DNA from: Devosiaceae bacterium
GTDB lineage: Bacteria; Pseudomonadota; Alphaproteobacteria; Rhizobiales; Devosiaceae
Length of the DNA stretch: 64,000 nt
Direction of reading: 5' to 3'
NCBI GenBank assembly: GCA_036499825.1
Contig: DASYCZ010000012.1
Coordinates: 1-64,000, forward strand
Under the pieces are notes generated by a model that worked only from the letters and a program-made list of their open reading frames with translations, ran no database searches and was not told where the DNA came from. Both the position numbers and the translations under genes were made by a program. Shown here piece by piece: positions 41,514 through 51,850 of this stretch. Every line of letters starts with the position of its first letter. Position 1 is the stretch's first letter.

Positions 41514-42212
41514 TCAGGCGCGTCGCATGCCGCCCTTCATTTCATCGAGGATGTGCCGGGCCGCCACGGCCGGATCGGCCGCCGCGGTGATCGGCCGGCC
41601 CACCACCAGATGGCTGGCGCCGCGATCCAGCGCCTCGCGCGGCCCGGCCACGCGCTTCTGGTCGCCCTGCTCGCCGCCCGCCGGCCTGATGCCGGGCGTC
41701 ACGATAGACATCTTCTCGCCCACGATCGCCCGCACCATTTCGGCCTCGCGGGGCGAGCACACCACCCCGCCGATGCCGATGTCGCGCGCCTGCTCGGCCC
41801 TCAGCGCCACCAGCCCCGCCGCATCGCGCGCATAACCGGCCGCCGCCACGTCCACATCATCCATCGAGGTCAGGACCGTCACCCCCAATATGCTGAGGTC
41901 CGAGCCCGCGCTGCCCTTCAGCGCCGCCCGCATCGCCTGCGGATAGGCATGCACGGTCAGCATGTGGGCGCCGGTCGCCGCAATCGCCGCCACGCCGTGT
42001 TCGACCGTATTGTCGATATCGAGCAGCTTGAGGTCGAAGAACACGCGCTTTCCGGCCTTGATCAGCGACTTGCCGAACGCCAGCCCGTCACCGCCGTAAA
42101 ACAGCTGGTAGCCGATCTTGTAGAAATCCACCGTCTCGCCCAGCGCAGCCACGATCCCCTCGGCTGCGGCGCGCGTGTCGACGTCCAGGGCAACGATCAA
42201 CGTTCCCGACAT
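41514..42212 (-). CDS. pyrF: Orotidine 5'-phosphate decarboxylase
   Basis: Start at [11 protein letters not shown]; OMPdecase motifs (FFDLKLLDI; catalytic K). Confidence 0.9.
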   Translation of the reverse strand: MSGTLIVALDVDTRAAAEGIVAALGETVDFYKIGYQLFYGGDGLAFGKSLIKAGKRVFFDLKLLDIDNTVEHGVAAIAATGAHMLTVHAYPQAMRAALKGSAGSDLSILGVTVLTSMDDVDVAAAGYARDAAGLVALRAEQARDIGIGGVVCSPREAEMVRAIVGEKMSIVTPGIRPAGGEQGDQKRVAGPREALDRGASHLVVGRPITAAADPAVAARHILDEMKGGMRRA

Positions 42213-42355
42213 GGCAGTCTCCCCAATTTTTGCAATGCCGCTCCCTCGCACATCGACCGCCCCGACGCAAGCCGCCGATGCTATGGCGCCATACTGCCCA
42301 ACAAAAAGGGCGCGCCCGAAGCGCACCCTCTGCTTATCGGCGATGGCGGGCCGCA

Positions 42356-42615
42356 TCAGGTCCGCTCGCTGCCGTCCTGTTCCTCCTCGTGCAGCACCGC
42401 CACATCGGCATTGGCCGACAGCCGCACGGTGTTGCCTTCGATTTCAGCCACCAGTTCGCCGCGGATGAAATGGTGATGCCCCTGATGGGAGCCCTCGCCG
42501 CTCGAGGCCCTGGTGAGCTTGATGCGCCCGCCTTCCACATGATCGACCACGCCGACCGGCACCCCATCGGCCCCGATGACATCCATATGCGGCTTGATCC
42601 CGGACAGTTGCGACA
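42356..42615 (-). CDS. Small DUF2171-like hypothetical protein
   Basis: About 86 aa; start taken at [18 protein letters not shown] within a longer ORF (to 42799); no assignable function. Confidence 0.45.
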
Positions 42616-42849
42616 TGGTAGTTCTCCTTGCTTGTGGAGCCACAACGTTTTGGGTGTCGGCTTGGATGCACGATCGGGTTGTGTGGGTCGGCATAGGGCG
42701 ACTGTGCGGCGCGGTGGCGAAGAACGTGCGTGCTGCCCCACCCAGGTTCATAGATTCAAGCCCGTTGCGCGTCTCCTCACGCCTTCCGAAGGTGACCACC
42801 CTCCTCGATCCCCTTGCGAATCTCGATATTATGCCGCCATAACATCCTT

Positions 42850-43296
42850 ATGCAGCAACAAGCTCTTTCCGCCATCATCGCCTGGGTCCGGCTCGACCGG
42901 GCCATCGAGTCCCTCAATGCCGAACTGCGCAAGACCCTTGGCCTCACCGGCCTGCAGCTCGCCGTGCTGCGCATCCTGAGCGAGCGTCCGCAATTGCCGC
43001 TGGCCGCCCTGCGCAAGGCGCTGGTCATGCATCCGGCAACGCTCGGCCAGGCCGTGGATGAATTGCGCATCATGGGCCTTTGCCTCGTGCGCCGCGATAG
43101 CCGCGATCGGCGGGCCCGCCTCGTCGCCATCACCCCGGAGGGCACGGCGCTGCTGGAGCGCGCCCCGCTCGCGGGGCCGGTGCGCCTGCGCCAGGTTGCC
43201 GCCGAGCCCGAGCGGCTCGAACGCCTCGCCGCGGCGCTGGAAGATGCCGTCGACCTGTTCGGCCTGACCGGCTGGGCACCCGGAGCCAAACCATGA
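42850..43296 (+). CDS. MarR-family transcriptional regulator
   Basis: Winged-helix MarR pattern (LTGLQLAVLRIL...RDSRDRRARLVAITPEG). Confidence 0.8.
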   Translation: MQQQALSAIIAWVRLDRAIESLNAELRKTLGLTGLQLAVLRILSERPQLPLAALRKALVMHPATLGQAVDELRIMGLCLVRRDSRDRRARLVAITPEGTALLERAPLAGPVRLRQVAAEPERLERLAAALEDAVDLFGLTGWAPGAKP

Positions 43297-43565
43297 CCCG
43301 CCTGCAGGGGCTGCCCAATATCGGCCCGGTCCTCGCGCAACGCCTCGAGAAAGCCGGCATCGCTTCCGCCGAAGAATTTCTGGCGCTGGGTGATGAGGCC
43401 GCTTTCGCCCGCCTCGTCGCCCTTTATCCCGAGGATGCCTGCACCCATACGCGCCTGGCGCTGGCGGGCGCTGCGCGCAACACCCGCTGGATGGCGCTCG
43501 ACAGGCAATTGCGCCAGAGCCTTTGCCAAGGGGCTGCGCTGAAACGCCATCGAACAAAAACCTAA
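43293..43565 (+). CDS. Small TfoX C-terminal-domain-like (helix-hairpin-helix) protein
   Basis: 90 aa (LQGLPNIGPVLAQRLEKAGIASAEEFLALGDEAAFARL); its ATG overlaps the MarR stop. Confidence 0.5.
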   Translation: MTRLQGLPNIGPVLAQRLEKAGIASAEEFLALGDEAAFARLVALYPEDACTHTRLALAGAARNTRWMALDRQLRQSLCQGAALKRHRTKT

Positions 43566-43569
43566 AGCT

Positions 43570-44163
43570 CTAGGCCGAAAAATCCTCCATCGCGCGCCAG
43601 TCGCTCAAGAGCCGCAGGTCGCGCGAAAAGGCAAAGATATTGCCACCGCCCGGCGCCGCCATCAGCCGCTGGTCTTCGCTGAGTGCGACGGGCCGGTTGC
43701 CCAATGCGCATTTCAGCAGTGTGCCCACGCACCCATGCCCGCAAAAGGCCACGTGGGTATCCTGCGGCAGTTCCGCGAGCTTCCGTTTGACGGCCGCAAC
43801 GATCCGGCTTTGGGCCGCCGCGGCGGTTTCCCAACCCCGATAGCTGACCTCGGGCTTACCGAACAATTCGCGCACAGCCTCGGCAAACCCGTCGCCCGCA
43901 AGAAACCCGGTGGAGGAGCGATCGTTCTCATCGAACGCCTCGTCGTGGCTCACGACGCCGGCGCAGGCCGTGGCGAGAATCGCCGCCAAATCCATGGCCT
44001 TCTGCTCGGTGCTCGCCGCCAGCCTCGTGCCCGTCGCCAGCAGTCCGCGCGCCGCGAAGCGCTCGGCCCGGGCCCGGCCGATGGCGTTGAGGCCCCAGCG
44101 CGGTGTCGGCACCTGCGGATCGATATCGACTTCCGGATGCGTGATGTAAAGCAGGGGCTGCAT
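43570..44163 (-). CDS. Histidine phosphatase family protein
   Basis: RHG-like N-terminal motif (ITHPEV) and a C-terminal catalytic His (CGHGCV). Confidence 0.7.
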   Translation of the reverse strand: MQPLLYITHPEVDIDPQVPTPRWGLNAIGRARAERFAARGLLATGTRLAASTEQKAMDLAAILATACAGVVSHDEAFDENDRSSTGFLAGDGFAEAVRELFGKPEVSYRGWETAAAAQSRIVAAVKRKLAELPQDTHVAFCGHGCVGTLLKCALGNRPVALSEDQRLMAAPGGGNIFAFSRDLRLLSDWRAMEDFSA

Positions 44164-44714
44164 CAGATGCCGCCGCGCGAAAAATGCGTCAGCTCTTTGA
44201 TGAGCTGCCCGACCTTCCAGCGGATGCTTTCCTCCAAGGGCTCGCCATCGGCGCTGAACGCCTCATCGGCGGGGCCGACGCCCAGCAGCGTCGGCGCCAG
44301 CAGCGCGCCGAGCTTGGACAGCGTATCGCGCAGGTGCGCTATCCCCACCACGCCGCCATATTTGCCCGACGACACTGCCGCCAGTCCGAACACCGCATGG
44401 CGCCACTGTCCGTGCTTTTGCCGGCTGATCCAGTCGATGGTGTTCTTGAGCAGCGCCGTGGTGCCGGAATTGTTCTCGGGCGATACGATCAGCACGATAT
44501 CGGCGGCCGCCAGCTTTCGCGCCAAGATCCCCGCCGCCGCCGGCGTCCCCTCGGCTTCGATATCCTCGTCGAAGATCGGCATGGGGTAATCCCCGAGGTC
44601 GATATCCTCGACCTCGACACCGGCCTCCCGCAGCTTCTGGCTGAGATGGCGCCGCAAGAGTTCATTGTAGGAGCCCTTGCGGAGCGACCCGCAAAGGGTG
44701 ATAGCCGTCTTCAT
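44163..44714 (-). CDS. NAD(P)H-dependent FMN reductase-like flavoprotein
   Basis: Flavodoxin-like fold motif (LCGSLRKGSYN...VSPENNSG). Confidence 0.75.
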   Translation of the reverse strand: MKTAITLCGSLRKGSYNELLRRHLSQKLREAGVEVEDIDLGDYPMPIFDEDIEAEGTPAAAGILARKLAAADIVLIVSPENNSGTTALLKNTIDWISRQKHGQWRHAVFGLAAVSSGKYGGVVGIAHLRDTLSKLGALLAPTLLGVGPADEAFSADGEPLEESIRWKVGQLIKELTHFSRGGI

Positions 44715-44789
44715 CGTCGCGCCCCATTCCATCAGGTTCGGGCGGACACTACCGGCTTGGCGGCCATTGGCAACCGCTGCCGTAGAGCC

Positions 44790-45420
44790 ACTGCGTTCGT
44801 CATGCCGGAACGGTGCGGTTCAGCGCGCGTGGCCACCCCCACCCGACCCCCATGGGGCCACCCTCCCCACAAGGGGGAGGGAGAGTGAAGGAGCCGCAAG
44901 CACTGCGCGGGTTTCCCTCCCCCTTGTGGGGAGGGATTAAGGGTGGGGGTGGAGCAGCGCTGCGCATTTGCGGCGCGGCAAGGTCCAGGTTCTCCGGTAC
45001 TATCGCTCCCCACCACCGGGTCATCCCGGCGGAGGCCGGGATCCATGCGGGGAGCGTCCCACACGCTGGATGTGTCGGCCCGCCACGGACATGGATTCCG
45101 GCCTCCGCCGGAATGACCCGGTGGGATGATTTGAGGCAAGAAGGCCATGAGAGCTAAGCTCGAATGGCCGGGATTAAGGGGGCAGCGCTGCGCATTTGCG
45201 GCGCGGCAAGGTCCAAGTTCTCCGGTACTATCGCTCCCCACCACCGGGTCATCCCGGCGCAGGCCGGGATCCATGCGGGGAGCGTCCCACACGCTGGATG
45301 CATCGGCCAGCCACGGACATGGATTCCGGCCTGCGCCGGAATGACCCGGTGGGATGATTTGAGGCAAGAAGGCCGTGAGAGCTAAGCTCGAATGGCCGGG
45401 ATTAAGTGTGGGGGTGGGCA
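44790..45420. repeat. Complex repeat region: a RIME-like palindrome (44790-44950), then two tandem roughly 230-bp units (44937-45173; 45174-45402), each with a long inverted repeat of about 35-bp arms
   Basis: Units about 95% identical, read directly. Arm 1 is CCACCGGGTCATCCCGGCG[G/C]AGGCCGGGATCCATG; arm 2 is its reverse complement about 45 bp downstream. The single arm difference between units is matched in the partner arm. ORF 44732..45421 (-) over this region is regarded as spurious. Confidence 0.8.
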
Positions 45421-45454
45421 ACGCGCGCCGAGTTCTCAGCCCGTGCCACGCCGC

Positions 45455-46590
45455 TTACGCGTCGAAAATATGCTTCAGCTTTGAGAAGAATCCCGTCGAG
45501 GTCGGGCTGTTGTCCTGGGTCGACAGCTTCTGGAATTCTTCCATCAGTTCGCGCTGCCGCCGGTTGAGGTTTTGCGGCACCTCCACGTCGAGCTGCACAT
45601 AGAGATCGCCGATATCCTTGCTGCGCAGCACTGGCATGCCCTTGCCCTTGAGCCTGACGCGCTGGCCCGGCTGGGTGCCGGAGGGCACCTTCACCTTGGC
45701 GCGGGCTTCATCCAGGGTCGGCACTTCGAACTCGCCGCCCAGCGCCGCCGTCGTCATGGCGATCGGCACCCGCGCATATAGGTCGGCGCCGTCGCGCTGG
45801 AACAGATCGTGCGGCTTCAATGAAATGAAGATGTAGAGATCGCCCGGCGGTCCGCCGCGCAGGCCAGCCTCGCCCTCATTGGCCAGCCGGATGCGGGTGC
45901 CGTCCTCGATGCCCTTGGGTATATCGACCGACAGCTTGCGGTTTTCCTGCCGCCTGCCCTGGCCGCCGCAATCGGTGCAGGGCTGATCCATCATCTCGCC
46001 GCGGCCCTGGCACACGGGGCAGGTCCGCTCGATGGTGAAGAAGCCCTGCGCGGCGCGCACCTTGCCATGGCCATTGCACTGCCGGCACGTATGGGTGCCG
46101 GTGCCGGGCTTGGCGCCGGTGCCGTCGCAGGTGACGCACCCCACCAGGGTCGGCACGTCGATCTCGACGGTGCGGCCCGCGAACGCTTCTTCGAGCGAAA
46201 TTTCGAGATTGTATCTGAGGTCCGAGCCGCGCAGCTTGGCGGCGCCGCCGCCGCGCCGGCCCTGGCCGCCGCCCATGAAATCGCCGAAAATGTCCTCGAA
46301 CATATCCGACATCGAGGAGGCGAAATCGGGCCCGAAGCCATGGGCGCCGCCGCGCGCCCCGCCATTCTCGAACGCCGCATGGCCGAAGCGGTCATAGGCG
46401 GCACGCTTTTGCGGGTCCTTCAGCGTGTCATAGGCTTCGCTGATTTCCTTGAACTTGTGCTCGGCTTCTTCATTGCCGGGGTTGCGATCCGGGTGGAACT
46501 GCATGGCGAGTTTGCGGTAGGCGCTTTTCAGCCCAGCCTCATCGGCGCCCTTTTGCACGCCGAGCACTTCGTAGAAATCGCGTTTGGCCA
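45455..46590 (-). CDS. dnaJ: Chaperone DnaJ
   Basis: J-domain (DFYEVLGV...HPDRN), a G/F region, four CxxCxGxG zinc-finger repeats and a C-terminal domain. Probable TTG start at LAKRDFYE. Confidence 0.95.
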
Positions 46591-46785
46591 AGAAAGCAGT
46601 TCCCCGATCGGCCCGCACGGGGCCTGAAGTCAATATTGCTTGCCTCTAGATGGCGCCTCCGGCCCTTAAAACAAGGGCTCGGCCACTGGGCCGCGCAACA
46701 ACCATACAGCCAACAATGATAAAGCGCGCCGCTCTTATCAAGAGGCAGGCGCGCTTTCAACCTTGGCGGGGAATATCGAAACTTC

Positions 46786-47841
46786 TCAGGACGAGCGCTT
46801 GTCGGTCGAAAACGCCTCGTTCAGCGTATTGATCACCTGCGACTGCGCGAACAGCGCCTTGGTGACGATGCTGCCAAGGCCGAAGAAATCATGGCCGACG
46901 CCCTCATAGGTCTTGGCGTCCACCCATACGCCCTGCTCGTGCAGGGCCTGCGCCAGCACTTCGCCCTCGGTGCGCAACGGGTCGAGTTCGGCCAGGATCA
47001 GCGTCACCGGCGGCAGGCCGGAAAAATCCTGCCGCTCGACCAGGTTGATGCGCGGATCAGCGGTGTCGCCGCGCGCCTCGAACGCATGGCGGGTGAACCA
47101 CTGCATCATCGGCGTATTGAGCGGCTGCGCCCGCATCGCTTCCAGATAGGATTCCCGCGTCATGTCATTGCCCACGATCGGGTAGATCAGCGCCTGGTGC
47201 ACCGGCATCGGCATGGCTTCGTCCCGCGCCTGCAGGGCGATGTTGAGCGCCATGTTGCCGCCCGCATCCTCGCCCACCACGGCCGCACGGCTGGCATCGC
47301 CACCCAGGGCTTCGGCCTCTTCCAGCATCCACAGCCAGGCCGCGTAGCTGTCTTCATGCGCCGCCGGGAATTTGTGCTCCGGCCCCAGCCGGTAATGGGC
47401 CGACACCACGATGGCGCCGGTGCGCTTGGCCAGGATGCGCGGCACCGGGTCGGCGCTGTCGAGATCGCCCAGCACCCAGCCGCCGCCATGCAGATAAAGG
47501 ATCATCGGCAGCTTGCTCTCGCCTTCGAGCGCCGCGGGCCGATAGAGGCGCGCCGCGATCTCGCCGATGGGGCCCGGAATGCTCACATCCTCGGTGGTGA
47601 TTCCCATGTCGTCGGCAAGGTCGCGCCCTGCCGGCGCCAGGACCTGTTTCACCGCCTCGGTCAGCTTGGGTTGCCGGCGCGCCTGCGCGGGCAGGCAGCT
47701 TTCGATCGGACGCCCGCCAAGATCGGCCAGCGTATTGAGCACATGCCGCATATCGGCATCCGCCTTCACCATCGGATCATTGGTCAGATAGTCGCCGATT
47801 GCCACGACGTTGTCGCCGAAGCTCTTGTCGATTGAACTCAT
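46786..47841 (-). CDS. Alpha/beta-hydrolase fold-3 esterase/lipase (HSL family), located between dnaK and dnaJ
   Basis: HGGGW oxyanion motif, the GDSAGG-like nucleophile elbow (GEDAGGN) and a C-terminal His. Confidence 0.85.
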   Translation of the reverse strand: MSSIDKSFGDNVVAIGDYLTNDPMVKADADMRHVLNTLADLGGRPIESCLPAQARRQPKLTEAVKQVLAPAGRDLADDMGITTEDVSIPGPIGEIAARLYRPAALEGESKLPMILYLHGGGWVLGDLDSADPVPRILAKRTGAIVVSAHYRLGPEHKFPAAHEDSYAAWLWMLEEAEALGGDASRAAVVGEDAGGNMALNIALQARDEAMPMPVHQALIYPIVGNDMTRESYLEAMRAQPLNTPMMQWFTRHAFEARGDTADPRINLVERQDFSGLPPVTLILAELDPLRTEGEVLAQALHEQGVWVDAKTYEGVGHDFFGLGSIVTKALFAQSQVINTLNEAFSTDKRSS

Positions 47842-47941
47842 TTACTTAGCCCCACGGTTTGGTTGGGCCGCGCCGCCGCGCGCCGGCCCAGACGTTCGTC
47901 TCCCCATGCGGGCAAACCGTGATGCGTTTATGGACATTTGG

Positions 47942-47978
47942 TGGCAAGGATGGGGAAACAAAAAGGCCCGGGAGCAAT
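47942..47978 (-). terminator. Rho-independent terminator downstream of dnaK (GGCCCGGGAttgcTCCCGGGCC + TTTTTGTTT on the minus strand)
   Basis: Read directly on the reverse complement. Confidence 0.75.
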
Positions 47979-47988
47979 CCCGGGCCTT

Positions 47989-48004
47989 GTGATTCACGTG
48001 AAAC
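47989..48004. other. parS: parS-like site (TGaTTCACGTGAAACt, 14/16) between the dnaK stop and its terminator
   Basis: Read directly. Confidence 0.5.
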
Positions 48005-48078
48005 TCCGCGCCTTACGGCACTTTCCGGCGAAGCCGTGAGGGCGGTGCCAACGGCAGCGCCCTCAACCAGCCCTGGAC

Positions 48079-49986
<1,908 letters not shown>

Positions 49987-50112
49987 TCACTTAGCCTCTT
50001 TCTCAGCAGACCCGATGGGGAACCCCTTCCAGAGAACGGCAGTTCCATGAGCCCTAAGGGCCCGGGTCCCTTATATAGATTGGTGAAGTGCCCGTTGCCG
50101 GGCCTGGCGCTG

Positions 50113-50142
50113 ATATAAGGGCATCGCCATTACCCTTCAAGC
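50113..50142 (-). promoter_or_regulatory. Sigma32 (RpoH)-type heat-shock promoter upstream of dnaK (CTTGAAG - 14 nt - CCCTTATAT on the minus strand)
   Basis: Read on the reverse complement of 50113-50142; matches the CTTGAA-N13-15-CCCCATAT consensus. Confidence 0.55.
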
Positions 50143-50419
50143 GCGCTGCCCAAAAAGAATGCCGTTCGTCCCGCTTGCTTTATGACGGCCGAACTGCCCG
50201 GAAAACCGGCTTTCGCACGGGACCCGGCGTGTTGCGGTTTTGCCGTATCGGTACGCCGTTTTCCCGGCTAGAACTAGGCATTCCGGCAGTTGGCGGTGTC
50301 ATTCCGACTCTGGCCATGTTCTGACCAACAAACCCCGCTAGTCAGGCCTCACGACCTGCTGGTCGGCAGACCGGTAGACTTTCGCAGCGGGCCGTGCCCG
50401 AACTAGAAGGATTGAGACT

Positions 50420-50851
50420 ATGCGACTGACTTCCGCCCTGGCCTCCGCCATTGCCCTTTGCCTGCTCGCCGCGCCCGCTTTGGCGCAGGCTCCCGCCGCC
50501 CCGACGACGCCTGCCGCGCCCGCTCCCGCAGTAGAGCCGGCCCCGAAGGCGCCCAAGGCTCCCAATCCCGAAGGCGTCTCCGACGAGGCCGACAAGGCCC
50601 TGTGGTGCGGCCATGCCTTCACCTTCGTTTCCGCGCAGGCCAAGGCTGCCGGCGATGAAGCCAGCGCCACCGCCATGAGCAAGAACGGCGCCGACCTCAT
50701 CGACAAGGGCTCCAAGCTCCTCACCGATTTCACGCCCGAAAAGCTCACCGCCCTCAAGGCCGACTACAGCACGCGTATCCAGACCGAGCTGGCGGGCGAT
50801 GGCAGCAATGCCCGCTTCTCCTACAATGATTGCGTCGCGCTGACGCAGTAA
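50420..50851 (+). CDS. Secreted hypothetical protein (Sec signal peptide, Ala/Pro-rich linker)
   Basis: Signal MRLTSALASAIALCLLAAPALAQA with a low-complexity APAAPTTP region; no assignable family. Confidence 0.55.
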   Translation: MRLTSALASAIALCLLAAPALAQAPAAPTTPAAPAPAVEPAPKAPKAPNPEGVSDEADKALWCGHAFTFVSAQAKAAGDEASATAMSKNGADLIDKGSKLLTDFTPEKLTALKADYSTRIQTELAGDGSNARFSYNDCVALTQ

Positions 50852-50869
50852 GCCACGGGAGCATAGGTC

Positions 50870-51493
50870 ATGGCGCTGCATGCCACCGACGCCCTCATCG
50901 TCGTCGACCTGCAGGCGGATTTCCTGCCCGGCGGTGCCCTGGCCGTGACCGATGGCGATGCCATCATCGAACCCATCGAGGCGCTGTCGCAGCGCTTCGA
51001 TACCGTCCTCCTGACCCAGGACTGGCACACGCCGGGCCACGTGTCCTTCGCCAGTGCCCATGCGGGCCACCGGCCCTTCGATGTCATCGAACTGCCCTAT
51101 GGGCAGCAGGTGCTATGGCCCGATCACTGCATCATGGGCAGCGCCGGCGCCAGGATCGTCTCCGAGCCTTTGCTCAATCGCGCCCAGCTCGTCATCCGCA
51201 AGGGCTTTCATCCCAGGGTCGACAGCTATTCGGGGTTCCAGGAAGCCGACCGCCGCACGCTCACCGGCCTTTCGGGTTATCTGAAGGAGCGCGGCTTCCG
51301 CCGCCTTTTCCTCACCGGCCTCGCCACCGATTTCTGCGTCGGCTGGACCGCCCTCGATGCCCGCAGCAACGGCTTCGACACCTATGTGGTCGAAGACCTG
51401 ACCCGCCCCATCGACACCAACAACTCCCTCGCCAACGCCCACGCCGCCATGTCCCGCGCCAGCGTGCATCGGATTACGTCGAGCGATCTGTAG
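50870..51493 (+). CDS. pncA: Nicotinamidase/pyrazinamidase (isochorismatase family)
   Basis: Catalytic triad context (VVDLQADF; K; C in LATDFCVG) plus a metal-binding DWH motif. Confidence 0.85.
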   Translation: MALHATDALIVVDLQADFLPGGALAVTDGDAIIEPIEALSQRFDTVLLTQDWHTPGHVSFASAHAGHRPFDVIELPYGQQVLWPDHCIMGSAGARIVSEPLLNRAQLVIRKGFHPRVDSYSGFQEADRRTLTGLSGYLKERGFRRLFLTGLATDFCVGWTALDARSNGFDTYVVEDLTRPIDTNNSLANAHAAMSRASVHRITSSDL

Positions 51494-51494
51494 G

Positions 51495-51850
51495 CTGGGC
51501 TCGCCGATCTCCCAGTCCCTTCGCCCCTCTGGGGAGAAGGTGGCCCGGAGGGCCGGATGAGGCGTAGCGGAGCCACCGGCATTCAGGAGGATTACTTCTT
51601 TGTCCGGTTGCGGACCCGCCCCACACCCCAGCCCTCTCCCCGGAGGGGCGAGGGGGCAAATTTGCAAGATTCGCTAGGCTTTTATTCCTCTATCCGCCAC
51701 AGCGCTCCCGGTCACCTCTCCCCTTCGGGGAGAGGTCGACGCGTAGCGGCGGGTGAGGGGGAGCCACCGACATTTTAGGATGACACCTTCCCCTCCCCTG
51801 TCGTTGCGGCCCGATCGCAGGGGCCACACCCCCTACCCCTTCGGCATCAA
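51495..51850. repeat. Cluster of REP-like GC-rich palindromes (CCCCTCTGGGGAG; CCCTCTCCCCGGAGGGGCGAGGGGGCAA; CTCTCCCCTTCGGGGAGAGG) with a repeated GCGTAGCGG...GCCACCGNCATT..AGGATGAC module
   Basis: Read directly; two partially similar approximately 170-bp sub-units. Confidence 0.65.

Noticed and set aside
44937-45402. Possibility that the tandem repeats are a CRISPR array
   Set aside because: Units are about 230 bp with no short unique spacers and no cas genes nearby. The structure is a duplicated palindromic element, not repeat-spacer architecture.
44732-45421. 229-aa minus-strand ORF and repeated small MRAKLEWPG ORFs across the tandem repeat
   Set aside because: They lie entirely within duplicated palindromic DNA, have Pro/Gly/Arg-rich low-complexity translations, and the reading frame is repeated only because the DNA is repeated.
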